A DNA stretch of 64,000 bases from Octopus bimaculoides (GCF_001194135.2 NC_068989.1:30005711-30069710), one strand, 5' to 3'. Positions 24,491-37,546 are shown, numbered from the stretch's first letter. Notes: generated by a model from the sequence alone, not told the origin. Translations and numbers: made by a program.

Positions 24491-25539
24491 TGCATATGTG
24501 AGTACACACACACACACACACANNNNNNNNNNNNNNNNNNNNNNNNNNNNNNNNNNNNNNNNNNNNNNNNNNNNNNNNNNNNNNNNNNNNNNNNNNNNNN
24601 NNNNNNNNNNNNNNNNNNNNNNNNNNNNNNNNNNNNNNNNNNNNNNNNNNNNNNNNNNNNNNNNNNNNNNNNNNNNNNNNNNNNNNNNNNNNNNNNNNNN
24701 NNNNNNNNNNNNNNNNNNNNNNNNNNNNNNNNNNNNNNNNNNNNNNNNNNNNNNNNNNNNNNNNNNNNNNNNNNNNNNNNNNNNNNNNNNNNNNNNNNNN
24801 NNNNNNNNNNNNNNNNNNNNNNNNNNNNNNNCACACACACACACACACACACACACGTGAATAAAAGGAAAGGAAGAAGCACTACACATTTCAGAAATGC
24901 ATGGAATCTATATCATTTAATACTAATTTAAAACTGTTACATAATTTTACTTTGGGTGCACCTTGCTTGTGTTGCAAAATCTTTAGCTATAATGGGTTAT
25001 TAATAAAAAACAAAATAGAAGCAATATACACCTTCTGGCTGTGAGAAAGGAAATGGAAAGTGATTGAAGTAAACAGCCAATCATGTGCTCTCCTCACAAT
25101 TCAACTTTACTGAGATATAAGTGGGTGTGGTCTCAGGAGATTTACTTGTTATATGCATTGTTTAACTTATAATGTGGATAGGAAGCATCAATTGTGATTA
25201 ATATTAACTGCATATCACAATACAGTTAATATTATGTAACAATTTTGACATTTATATAATGCAGATTCCGTGTATTCTTGAAATATGTGTAGTGCAGAAC
25301 TGCTTCTTCTATTCATTTCATTCACTTATTCAATAATTGCTGACTAAGCAGCATAAGCTGCTTTTGTGCAAGAGTTTTATAGCATCTCTCATCTTACAAA
25401 GATTACTCTATGATTTTGCACATTTGATACATGGATTAATACATTTAATTGACTGATTATTGCTTCCTTCATATTTTATGTAAGAGCCTGCATATGTTAG
25501 AGGCTAATCAAGTTTTTTTGCCATGATCAATTAACTTCC

Positions 25540-25692
25540 ACTATGTGGCTGTGTGGTAAGAAGCTTGCTTCCCAACCACATGGTTCTGGGTTCAGTCCTG
25601 CTGCATGGCACCTTGGACAAGTGTCTTCTACTGTAGTCTTGGGCTGACCACAGCCCTGTCAGTGGATTTGGTAGATGGAAACTGAAAGAAGC

Positions 25693-25739
<47 letters not shown>

Positions 25740-25810
25740 TTGTGTGTGTGTGTATCTGCTTGTACCCCACATATTTTTGTCCCTGTAACTTAGCAGTTCA
25801 GCAAAAGACA
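25540..25810 (+). mobile_element. SINE family 1, 5' part
   Basis: gtggctgtgtggtaagaagcttgcttcccaaccacatggttctgggttcagtcctg...actgaaagaagcccatc followed by (TA)n. Confidence 0.85.
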
Positions 25811-28800
25811 CTCAAATGACTTAAACAAGTAAAAGAATCAAGGAATATATATATGAAACATCGTTGTCACATTTTAATGTAATTGTTTTAGGTTTAAAGC
25901 ATTTTTAACAATTTCTGCCTCTGGATATTTTCTAGTAAATATCCAAATTCAGTAATTAATATTGAAAACATAAATGAAAATGAAAAACACTACTAACTAT
26001 TCCACATTAATCCCCTAGTTATTTCAGTTTGGATATGAACAGGGATATTATATGCAGATGATTTGCTAAAACACTTTTACAGTTTTGACATCCTAAAAGA
26101 AGTTTAACAATTTCAAGATGTTTTAATAAATGACAAAGTACTGTAGATATAACCCAACCCATTCCAGCATTGAAAAACACACAAGAACTTAATATATATC
26201 ATAGCATTGTAGATAATTATATTGTAGTTTTTTAATGGTTTAAATCAGGAGAAAGAGGCAGATCCTATGACCTTTGCAAACTCTTTGTGATTATGGAAAT
26301 TCATATTATTGATATTTAGTTTTAACATGTATAAGTTAAGAAAAACATGGGCAGGAAGGGAGTTACACAAAGCTGATATTCTGGAAATAAAGGGTTGTGA
26401 GTGTGGTATGTGTGCTAAGAGGAGGTGAGATGGGTATGTCAGATGGAACTGGATAGATGTCGTATGTAAACTATCTAGTATAGAGGATGTAAGGATCTAA
26501 AAAAAAAAAAAAATAGGATAATTTAAATCTAGATTTATCCAGATTGTTTTTGATATATGTGCCAAGAGTGATAATTGTGGCTTCACTGTAATAGAACAAA
26601 GAAAATGAATAAAAAGTACATTATTTTTAAAACTTAGTATTTGGATAAATAGTTTACACAAGCATATCTTAATATGCTTGTTAGCAAAAACATCCAATAG
26701 CAATAATTACTGTAGGCAACTTTTTCTGAAGTTCAACCAACCAGATCTTTCTAAAATCACTATTAACAAACAGTAACTGGTAGAGTATAAGAAAAAGATT
26801 TACTATCTGTACTCAACTGTAATATTTGAAAGTAAAATATGGGGAGAAAAAAAAAAACAAAGAAAAACAATCAGTATAATTATGATTCAATGTAAATGAT
26901 ATGATTGAATATTTTTACATATCATCTTCTGTAGAACCAATCAATTAAAATAGATATTTTAAGAGTTTCAAATGATATATAATTTGCTGAACTAAACAGA
27001 AAGAGAAAAGATTAATGAGAGATCAAAGTAGTTATTTATAAATAAAATTTAATATTTCATATAAACGATTAAGGGAAGGGATAAACATACAGTTCTAATT
27101 GTTGAGTAAACATTATTAAGTTATAGCCATAAAACGGTTAATTTGCCTTAACCATCATCTTAATTTCAAAATGATGAAATTTTTAATCAAAAAAAGCTCC
27201 ATTGAGCCAAAATTCAGAACATCACACAAAGGAGAGCTTTTGTAAAAGAGAAGCAGTTAATATCAAGCTTAAATGATTAGTAAAGTGAGTAAGGATAGAA
27301 AACCTAGAAGCTAAGTGCAAACCAGATCAACTACTAGACATGTTGCTATTAAATACTGAGAAAATTCTTTGATTTTGATATACCTTACAGTAATTTATTC
27401 AATATAAATACATTTTAATTTAAAAAACATCAGAAAACACGTTAAGATTGGAGGTAAACTTCTCTACAATATATTTGAATTAGAAAAATGTTGAGTGTTG
27501 TTGCTATTGCTTTTATAGAAGAACTAGATGTTATTGATAATTTTCAAGTGCATAGACAGTTAGTGCATAGAGAGTAATTAAGTTTAAATGAATATAATTT
27601 CAGAAATGAGAAGTTTAGAAACTCTCTTGTAGACAGTAATAAATAGCAGTACTGAACTTAAATACATATTTGGAAAAGAAACACTTTTTATATTTGAAGA
27701 GGCATGGAAAACATTGAAATAAGGCAAATAATTAAGTTTAGAATTATAATAAATGCATAAGTACAGTCAGTTCTAGCTTTCTAGTCTGAAAGTGTAGAAC
27801 AAGTTGTGTATTTTGGGAAGGTATTTAATCAATTTTGAATGATGGGGAACAAGATTTAAAGATTTTTCACTTATAATGGTCATTATGACATATAATGGGA
27901 GTTAAGCTGCTATTGCATTATTACCTATAGCACATTACGGGATTAACAACTGAGGCCTTGAACTGGAGTTGTGTATTCATGTTCTTAGGTATGCATGGCA
28001 CACTGAGTCACGAAGTAAAAAAAGAAACTATTTACTTTTCAAAGTAATTTATATATTCATAATTTATTGCATTTATTTCTCATTATTTATGCTCAACACT
28101 TAACTTTTTGTTTGATAGTTGTTGTCAGTCACCACTACTTTGTATGTATCTTGGTACTGACAGAAATAAGATGAGATAAACAATGATATGTAACTTTATC
28201 TTATAATGATCTGCATATTTTATTTTAATACCTACACTCCTGATGTGTTTCTACCAGGCCATAGAAACAGGCATAAACTTACCCTATTTTACAATTTTTC
28301 AAGGCAGGAATTCTGTGCATTTATAGATTTTAGCTTTAAAAAAGTACAAAATTCTATACTGTGCATCTAATTAGTATGAACTCATAATATCCAAAACAAA
28401 ATAATAAAAGTGGATTATTGAAAGAAAAATATCATATGAGACATAAGTTTTTCTTTGAGCAACCTGTCACTATTGTTCTGGAAGACAGAAATAAGTGCAA
28501 AAAAAAAAAAAAACGAAACTAGTGGGTTAGTTGTAGCACAACAAACAACCAGAGGTTGTGACACCATCTTCTGTCAGCTGATTGAATCAACAGGCAAGCA
28601 GACTTTAGAATGTCATCATTAGCCACATATACTGTACCTCACTACTCAATATTGATTGCAGCAATTTAACAGCCATCATCAGCAACAGCATCAGCAGTAT
28701 CAGCGCAGTCTTGTGCAAATGGTGACACGAAGAGAAAGAGGAAGAGGAGAAGAGGAGAAGAGGAAACAAGCAAGTGATTCTTGGGTTGTAAACAGTTTGT

Positions 28801-28818
28801 TGAGGTTCACTTTTGTAG

Positions 28819-28976
28819 GTCAGTTGAGCCAAAAGATAGTACTGAGTGCTCTGCTGCATGATGAAGAGGATGGATATGGCACTTGTACAGAATCAGATGT
28901 CTTGAGAAGGCTCATATTGCAAGATGTCCACAGGAATGGCAATGGTGCAAAATTAACAGACTATTCAGTGCAAAAG
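28819..28976 (+). CDS. Candidate internal exon of an unidentified host gene (158 nt)
   Basis: Acceptor ttcacttttgtag| and donor AAG|gtactt; single open frame (G)QLSQKIVLSALLHDEEDGYGTCTESDVLRRLILQDVHRNGNGAKLTDYSVQK; GC-richer than flanks; no TE motif. Protein not recognised. Confidence 0.35.
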
Positions 28977-29299
28977 GTACTTTACATTGTAAAAGAACAA
29001 GTTTTTTAGTTTGTTCTTTAATTAAGTAGGTATAAATGATCTATGATAATGAATTTTGTAGTATTTATGTATATTTTTCTGGAAATACCACTTTGTTAAT
29101 TATCAAAATAAAATTTGTAATATGTGATTTATTGAGTATATAATATAATTTTTGAAGTCTATTACTATTTTATTTTTAATGAGTTTTAATAGCACAAAGT
29201 GTGTATTTTATGATTAATAATTTTTATTTGAATTTTCTGAAGTCTATTTTTTTTTTTTTTTTAGCTAGAACTGTAATTAAAATCAGAATTTCTTACATA

Positions 29300-29460
29300 G
29301 ATACAATACCAGAAATTTTGTGGGAAAGAGGGCTTAGTTGATTAAATCGACTTCAGTACTTGATAAATACTTTATTTTATGGCCCAGAAAGAATGATAAA
29401 TTAGCATTAACAACATTTGAACTCAAATCATAAAGAATTGGAACAAATACCGAAATTCAC

Positions 29461-29523
<63 letters not shown>

Positions 29524-29665
29524 TTCATACAGAAGCATAAGGTTAGGAATTTTGTTGGGGGGAAATAATCAATTGTATGACTATAGGCAAAGTTGATCTT
29601 GGCAAAATTTGAAATCAGAAGGTAAAGAGCCAGAACAATTTTGTTCAGAACTCTGCTGATTCCTC
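29300..29665 (-). mobile_element. Two decayed SINE family 2-like copies separated by (AAT)n
   Basis: Partial matches on both sides of (AAT)n 29462-29522 (gttgattaaatcgacttcagtact; ggcaaagttgatcttggcaaaatttgaaatcagaa). Confidence 0.5.
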
Positions 29666-31904
29666 TGATAAAATTAAAATAAATCATACAGATAAATTCT
29701 TTGACCATTGAACACAGCTAGATTGGGCTCTATAAGGATTTGCAGCACCATTCTCAAAGTGGACAGTTTATGATATAATACTGGAGGTACAGGGGTGGTA
29801 AATGGCTTTTGAGTATGCAGAATAGACTAACTGGCTTCACAACTTAGCAAACAAAAGAATATTTTAGATTGTTTTTAGAAATTACAAAGTCTGACAGTCA
29901 AACCAGCCATTGACAGTTATGAACAAATTGTCAGCTATTTGTCTGTAAGAAAAAAATTCTTTCCAAGTATGTGGTAACTAAAAGCTTACTTATCACATGC
30001 AAAACAGTTCTTTCAGTAAGGTCCTTATATATTGCCTTAGTTGCTAACATCTTTCAAAGTGTAAGAGCTTATTAATATCTGTTTTGCATGTGATAACTAA
30101 GACTTTAAATCCAGGCTTAGTCTTGATGTACCCTATAATATTTAGTGAATATAAAGAAAATACAGTAACCTGCAACTTAAAACACTTCCCCACAATAATA
30201 TAGTTTTTGCTATTTTTATCTTCAGAAAGTACTCTAACATAACAATGATATTTTTACCTTTCAAATAGTGGCAGCAGTTAACTTGAATACATTTTATATA
30301 CCTTAACTAGTTATCCTTAACTAGTCTTTTGGTGATAACAAAGACTATCAGAAATATATATCTGTATTGCAAAAATAGAATTTAAAATTGCCATACAATA
30401 AAGATTAGAGAGTAAAATGTTTGAGTCAGTAACTGAAGTTACTTTGGCAGAATCCTATAAATATTAGTGAATAGTTATTTAAAACAAATAAAATAAAAAC
30501 ATTGTGTAATTTAGAAACAAACAATAAAACAAAATTTTCAAGATTATAATTCAGATACATAATAATTTAAGAATACTGTTTAGTGCAATGCAAACAATAT
30601 TTCTTTGAAGAGCTTATGTTTGGATGTACATATGTATACACAAGCAAACAAAACACACATACGCACATATGCCAACTATTAGAAACAGTACATCATTTCA
30701 AGTGTTTTGAATAATGAAGTGAAATGTCTAGGAAAATGGACTAGAACACTATCTAAAATCTAAAGAACACCTTTACCCAAACTTTCCAGAAATGAACTTG
30801 TGTCTAACTATTTTGATTCAGTCACACATTTTCTAGGAGAAAAGATGTTAACAACCTAGATATAAAGATTCCACTACTAAATACTTATTGTTTTTTTTTT
30901 AAGATTTGTTAAGTGCTTTGCTAAAGAACAATACAAATAAAAAGGTAGAAATTCAGACCTTGGTTATCTCACATAAGAAATGTCATCTAAATGTCAGTTC
31001 AGCAATCGTTAAACTCACAAACAAGTTAGACAGTCAATTCTGGTTACAAATTGAAACAACAATGTAAAAACTAATTTAAGTTTAAAAAAAAAAAAGGAAA
31101 AGGGAAGCACAAATAAAGGAATAAGGGATTTTAAATAAAAATTCAAAGAATTTAGTTTTTAAATATTTTAAAAGTCTGGTTCAGATGATTCTAATATAGT
31201 TGTATATTTGAAATCCTTTATAATTTCATGAGGTTGACTGTTTAGCTGTTTCTTTCACTTGAGCATAATTACATATAATGGTAACCTTGAGATCTTTTGT
31301 GGTAAAAAGTCTACATTTTATAGTATGGTTCTTATAGTATGCAAGTTCATTTAATGAATAATGCAGGGTATGGATCTCATAAGTGAAATTTTATTAGTAA
31401 AGGAGAGATTTTCAGATAATTTTTCATTCAAACAATAGATTAAATAAATATTTATATTATTTTAAACTTTTCCTGGAATATAAGTAACACTGATCTGACA
31501 AATTCAGTAAATAGTTAAGAATTTGGGTAGGACCAAGCTCCTAGTTGATCAAGTCATTGGAGCAGTATACTAAAAACTCTAGGGAGAGCATGAACATCAC
31601 AATATCTATTTTGATTTTCCAAAATGTGCTTTATCAGAAAAACCAATAATTAACTAATGCAGCTTGCAAGACTACAAGCACTAAGTTTTATACTTTTTTT
31701 AATTGACTTCATGTTTAATTATATAGAACTGATGCTTGATCATACAGATTTTCTAAAGAAAATCTGAAAAAGAAAGTTGAGGAAGGTGTTAATAAAAAAA
31801 ATGAAAGTATAAGTTGCAAATTGTACTCCCTAATTGAGATGAACAAAAGGCATGCGAATGAAATCTATGCAATGCTGACATTGATAAGTGTGTCACTATA
31901 CAAT

Positions 31905-32205
31905 ATAAAACTGGCACTCGATTGATTACAACAATAAGTGTTCCAGTTGATCCATTCAATGGAACAGCATGCTCGTGAAGTTAATGTGCAAGTGGCTGAG
32001 AACCTCATAAACATGCATATCCTTAATGTAGTTCTCAGAGAGATTCAATGTAACACAGAATGGCCCTTTGAATTACAACTCATTGTTGCCAGTTGAGTAG
32101 ACTGGGGCAATGTGAAATAGAGTGTCTTACACAACACGCTGCCAAAAAATGAACTCACGACCTTATGATTGTGAACTGAATGTTCTTAACCACCAAGCCA
32201 CATGC
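31905..32205 (-). mobile_element. tRNA-derived CORE-like SINE, decayed
   Basis: gccagttgagtagactggggcaatgtgaaatagagtgtctt...gaactcacgaccttatgattgtgaactgaatgttcttaaccaccaagcc. Confidence 0.6.
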
Positions 32206-32276
32206 CTTCACACAAAACAATGACCTTCTTTAGTAAAACCTATATACAGTCGCTTCCACTTTAAAATGTAATGCAC

Positions 32277-32415
32277 TAGGCACAGACGTAGCTGTTAAGT
32301 TTGCTTCCAGACCAAATGTTCTCATGGTTAATTCTACTGCTTGGTCAGCCTGGGGCTGACCAAGCCTTGTGAGTGGATTTAGTGGACAGAAACTGAAAGA
32401 AGTTCATTGTATAGC
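32277..32415 (+). mobile_element. SINE family 1, decayed 5' part, followed by (TATC)n(CA)n
   Basis: gctgaccaagccttgtgagtggattt...aaactgaaagaag. Confidence 0.65.
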
Positions 32416-32421
32416 TATCTC

Positions 32422-32481
<60 letters not shown>

Positions 32482-32504
32482 CACACACACACACACACAC
32501 ACAC

Positions 32505-33101
32505 AGAGTCACTCACTGATGCTCAGCTAAATTTGATGATTTTTTTATGCCTCCTTTTTTCAGGAACACCTTGATGTATTGGTGAACAGTCAGTGGTGTT
32601 GGAGAGCATAAAGATTAAAGTTGTAGTTGAGAAAGAGTTAACTGACATGGAGGACTGGAAACCATCTGAATATTGGAAAAGTGTTACTTGTATCATGATG
32701 ATTATGCCAGGTATCAAAATGTTGACATTATGACTGCTGTTCAATGCTCTGAACACTGTAAAGGCTATAAGCTGTAACAAGGACATCATGAAAACCAAGT
32801 GCTCCCAAACTGCGATGGTTTTTGGGTGTGTCACCAGTGAGGGTGATATTATGTTGTCCCACATCTTTGAACAAGGCCATAGGCTCAACTCAGACAGCTA
32901 TGTAAAGCTGCAGGAAACTGTGGTCAAACCCTGGCAGGAGAAGATTGCTACTGGAAGGCCACATGTGTGGTAGCAGAATTTGGCTCTTTGCCATACCTCC
33001 AGAAAGAGTCATAAGTGATTGTTAGAGAATTTTTAAAACTTTACCAGCCCCAATTTCTGATCTAATTCCCCTGATTGTAATCCCATGGATTACTATGTGT
33101 G
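32505..33101 (+). mobile_element. Tc1/mariner-superfamily (maT/DD37D-like) transposase relic, internally deleted, cut by a gap
   Basis: MKTKCSQTAMVFGCVTSEGDIMLSHIFEQG...VVKPW...GRPHVW*Q...CHTSRK...NSPDCNPMDYYV. Only a short N-terminal piece (MEDWKPSEY) precedes it. Confidence 0.75.
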
Positions 33102-33590
33102 NNNNNNNNNNNNNNNNNNNNNNNNNNNNNNNNNNNNNNNNNNNNNNNNNNNNNNNNNNNNNNNNNNNNNNNNNNNNNNNNNNNNNNNNNNNNNNNNNNN
33201 NNNNNNNNNNNNNNNNNNNNNNNNNNNNNNNNNNNNNNNNNNNNNNNNNNNNNNNNNNNNNNNNNNNNNNNNNNNNNNNNNNNNNNNNNNNNNNNNNNNN
33301 NNNNNNNNNNNNNNNNNNNNNNNNNNNNNNNNNNNNNNNNNNNNNNNNNNNNNNNNNNNNNNNNNNNNNNNNNNNNNNNNNNNNNNNNNNNNNNNNNNNN
33401 NNNNNNNNNNNNNNNNNNNNNNNNNNNNNNNNNNNNNNNNNNNNNNNNNNNNNNNNNNNNNNNNNNNNNNNNNNNNNNNNNNNNNNNNNNNNNNNNNNNN
33501 NNNNNNGCAACTAAGCATAGAAAATTCACAGTGACAAATTCCATCTGACCCATATGAACAAATGGATGTTAAAATGATGATGAAGATATG

Positions 33591-33650
<60 letters not shown>

Positions 33651-34199
33651 CACACACATACATACATATATATATGACACACATATACATATATGTATAT
33701 ACATTTGTACATAGATATTTATATGTACATATAAATAATAAACTATCAACTAAAATTACTTTCTCTTGGACAAATATTTCCGCCAATATTCTCTATGTGT
33801 ACTAAACAACTTCTATTTCTCACTTTTTTTGAAAAGTATTTCTACTGTAATGTAAATGATATAACTAATAGTCCCTTAAACAATCTGTACTGAAGTTATT
33901 CAGTGAAAATCAAAATAGTAGCTTCTGTGTACAAATATCAAGTGTATATTATATTTAAAATAAGGAAAACCAAAAAATCAAATTAAACAAATATATAAAA
34001 TTTCCTTGCAAAATATTTCTCTTTGTGAAGAAACAGAAAAAAAAAACTGATGAAAAATGATTTGTATATGTGTGTGTATATACATACGTACATACATACA
34101 TATATAGTTAATCAAATATATCCTTTGAGAATAAAGTGTACTGGATTTCAGGTAAGTGCTCTTAATATGAGAAATGTCTAAAACCTTAAAGGTATTCAG

Positions 34200-35470
34200 A
34201 GATTCAATTACGATTAGAAAGTAAAAACAAGAAAAATTACATCACAAAAATCACAGTAGAGATACATCCGTATTATAAATAATATTGTATTAATAAATAA
34301 ATATATAAAGTATAACTATGATTATTTAAAAAGTTTTGAGATATAGTTTTCCTAATAATCATAAGTATCACCATATATTTAATAGATCAACAAATAAAAT
34401 ACCTTTTTCTACATTGCCAAACATAAGATCAATTATTGCCAGCTCTAATAGATGAAAACTTAATAAATATAAATATAGTTTAAGAAATAATACTAACAAC
34501 TATGATACTAGTAATGAAATACACAATAGTCCTACAGTGCCAAATAATACTCAATATAATACCAGTTCAATAGATAACATTACAAGAATACACAGCAATA
34601 CTATAACATTAACTAAATCTCAACAAAATTCCAATAATTATACATCTCAAAATATGCAAACCATTGGATATGACAAGACTTTAGGCAATCCAATACCACA
34701 ATCTCATAACAATAGTAATATACAAGCAGTAAATTTACCAAATTCTATTATAAATGATTCCACAACAAATTTAAATATAACACCACACACCATAACAAAT
34801 AATCACGACACCATTAAATCTTATACCACAGAACAGAAACATACAACTAAATATTGCACATGTAAAAATAAAAAATCATGTCCTTTAGAAGACAAATGTA
34901 GAAAGTTCAACGTTATATATAAGTGTATTTTTACTAAAACTGCTAACTTACACAGTAAGGTATATATAGGGAGCTCTATTGACTTTAAACAAAGAATTTT
35001 AGCACATATACATTTATTTAAACTGAATATTACGAATAACACTGCTTCATTGGTTACATATGTACATGAACTCAAACAAAAAAACATTAACTATAAATCA
35101 TCCTGGTCAGTTATTGACTCAGCTACACCATATACACATAAATCTTCTGTTTGCTGTCTATGTACAAAACAATCGCTATATGTATTATTATACAAACAAA
35201 ATAATTTAATTAATTGCCAATTGGAAGCATTATCCACATGTAGACAGGTTTTATAAAACCTTTAAACACTATAAGAGATCATCAAGATACGATTCACATT
35301 AATATCTTGTATTTCATATTGTGGTATCATAATAAAATAGTAGGATTGTTGTAAGAAAATAGAAACATAAAATTGAATTATTTTAAACTATGCACATGTT
35401 CACATAATATAGATTATCCATTACATGAGTGCCTGAAATATGTCTACTTGAGACTTGAAACTGTACTCCT
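34200..35470 (+). mobile_element. Penelope-like element (Neptune-type), 5'-truncated: RT-thumb end, Asn-rich linker, GIY-YIG endonuclease
   Basis: HKYHHIFNRST...FSTLPNIRSII (~34350-34440); ORF 34537-35256 CTCKNKKSCPLEDKCRKFNVIYKC...VYIGSSIDFKQR...WSVI...CCLC. Confidence 0.85.
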
Positions 35471-36321
35471 CTAATGTATAACAAACTGGTTTTAAATATA
35501 ATACTTTAAATATAACACATTAATTTACTCTATATAGGGTCAGTACACAGATACTTTTACATTTGCATGAAATATGATATTGATATCTTCCAGTGCTTCA
35601 TGTAAGTGTTCCATTCATCTAACTGAAGAAACGTACACACATGTGGATCTCAAAAAGGCACAAAAATGTAAACCTAAAGACGTAACAAACTTTTTCCTTT
35701 TTCCTTTTTCTTTTCATTTCACTTTTTGTCCTATCTATATTCCTCTGATAAACTCTAAATCATTCTCTAAATGAAACAAGATAAATGCAAATTTACTTTG
35801 AAATAACAAACTGAAACAGCTATAAATGTTCTTGAACTACAATTAAACTATGACCTTTTAATTTTAATACCAATGACCAACTTCTAATTGTTAATTGTTG
35901 CTCCATTTCTTTTCTTATTTGAATATACTAAACCAAGGTTTACCATTTAAATTACCAACTACTATTAACCTTATAGCAAGGCCTATACATAGTGAAGTAA
36001 TACACCAGTAGTGCCTGTGGATACATTTATCCCTTAGATGGTTGCATAATCTCTAACTCATAATTTTCTTCATATACTTTATGCACAATTTTATAGACTT
36101 AATACACAGCACTTATAAAATAAATATTCACTCTTATTTTTCCGTTTTTCTCATACACACACAAAAAAAATCCCATACATATGATACAACCTTTAGTTAA
36201 ATTGTATATATATCTACCATGTAAATAAGCGTGGATATTTCATGGAATTGCGCTTATGTGCGTCCATTAAGTGATAGGTAATATAAAAAACTTTGTTCAA
36301 TTAAAGGAAAAAACTTTTCAC

Positions 36322-36595
36322 TATCCAATCACCTCTCTCTCTCTTCCACCTCTCTCTTCCACCTCTCTCTTCCACCTCTCTCTCTTCCACCTCTCTCTCT
36401 TCCATCTCTCTCGCTTCCACCTCTCTCTCTTCCATCTCTCTCGCTTCCACCTCTCTCTCTTCCATCTCTCTCTCTTCCATCTCTCTCTCTTCCATCTCTC
36501 TCTCTTCCATCTCTCTCCCTTCCATCTCTCTCTCTTCTATCTCTCTCTCTTCCATCTCTCTCTCTTCCATCTCTCTCTCTTCCATCTCTCTCTCT
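36322..36595. repeat. 15-bp minisatellite (ctcttccay ctctct-type unit), ~18 copies
   Basis: Directly visible; explains the (FHLSL)n and (EEREM)n ORFs. Confidence 0.92.
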
Positions 36596-36997
36596 CTGTC
36601 TCTGTCTCTCTTCCCTCTCTCTCTGCCTTTTTTAACCTCACCATCAGAACAACACCTCTCTGCTAAAATTATATTTTTAACTCTCCTACCTTCAACTAAC
36701 TTTTTAACCATGTAATAAATATTACATACCCCCTATCTCACATCATGAACACTCCTCTTTCCCTCTTTCTGTCTCATTCTTCGTCTTATCCTCTTATCTC
36801 TCCTTTATCTTTCTCCTCTCTTTCCCTTCAACTAATCACGTGAAAGCATTACAATTACATTCTCTTTACCTCACATCATGAATGCTCCTCTCTCCCTCTT
36901 TTCTCTTTCCTTCTTTTTTCTTCCTCTTTTTCTTTAATCATACAAATGCATTACTGATAGGCTAAGTAATACAATGACAAGCAAAATTATTATAAAA

Positions 36998-37371
36998 TAA
37001 TCCTTGGATGGAACTTATGAACATTTAATGCATTGCCACATGCATTTCCACAAATCATATGTCTCTTGAGAACACAGTTCATATTCCTGAGATGATTACA
37101 GTGCAGTCCATAGTATCTGTGGGCAGTGGGTTGATCATCTTCTTGGAGTCATTTCTTCAGGTGATATAACATTAATGGATGTAGAACAGAGGGATGTTTA
37201 TCCCTTTTTATCAGTATGAAGGTTAAGCGAGTTACATCAACCCAATGCCCACAGATACTATGGACTACACTGTAATCATCCCAGAAATATGGACTGTAAT
37301 CTTAAGAAATGTGATTTGTGAAAATGCATGTAGCAATGCATTAAATGTTTATAAATTCCATCCAAGGATTA
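36998..37371. mobile_element. MITE / foldback element with ~137-bp terminal inverted repeats and a 100-bp spacer
   Basis: Arms 36998-37135 and 37236-37371 are reverse complements (taatccttggatggaa...gtatctgtgggcagtgggttgat / atcaacccaatgcccacagatac...ttccatccaaggatta); TA on both ends may be the target duplication. Confidence 0.88.
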
Positions 37372-37546
37372 TTAATTATTATTATATTTATTGTACATTA
37401 TATTGGTACAGCTCAATGTAACCCTGAAAAACTAGTTCACCAGTCAGCATCATTTGACTGTAGGTGGCATAATGGAATAGGTACTTTATTTGCATATTCA
37501 AAATGTTTCCCATAAACAAATTTAGAAGATACATATACATACGTAC

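Noticed and set aside
27925-28015. Possible small exon on either strand (VPCIPKNMNTQLQF... minus; MHGTLSHE plus)
   Set aside because: Splice signals are weak and mutually exclusive; indistinguishable from chance.
36271-36711. (FHLSL)n / (EEREM)n repeat proteins
   Set aside because: Product of a 15-bp minisatellite open on both strands.
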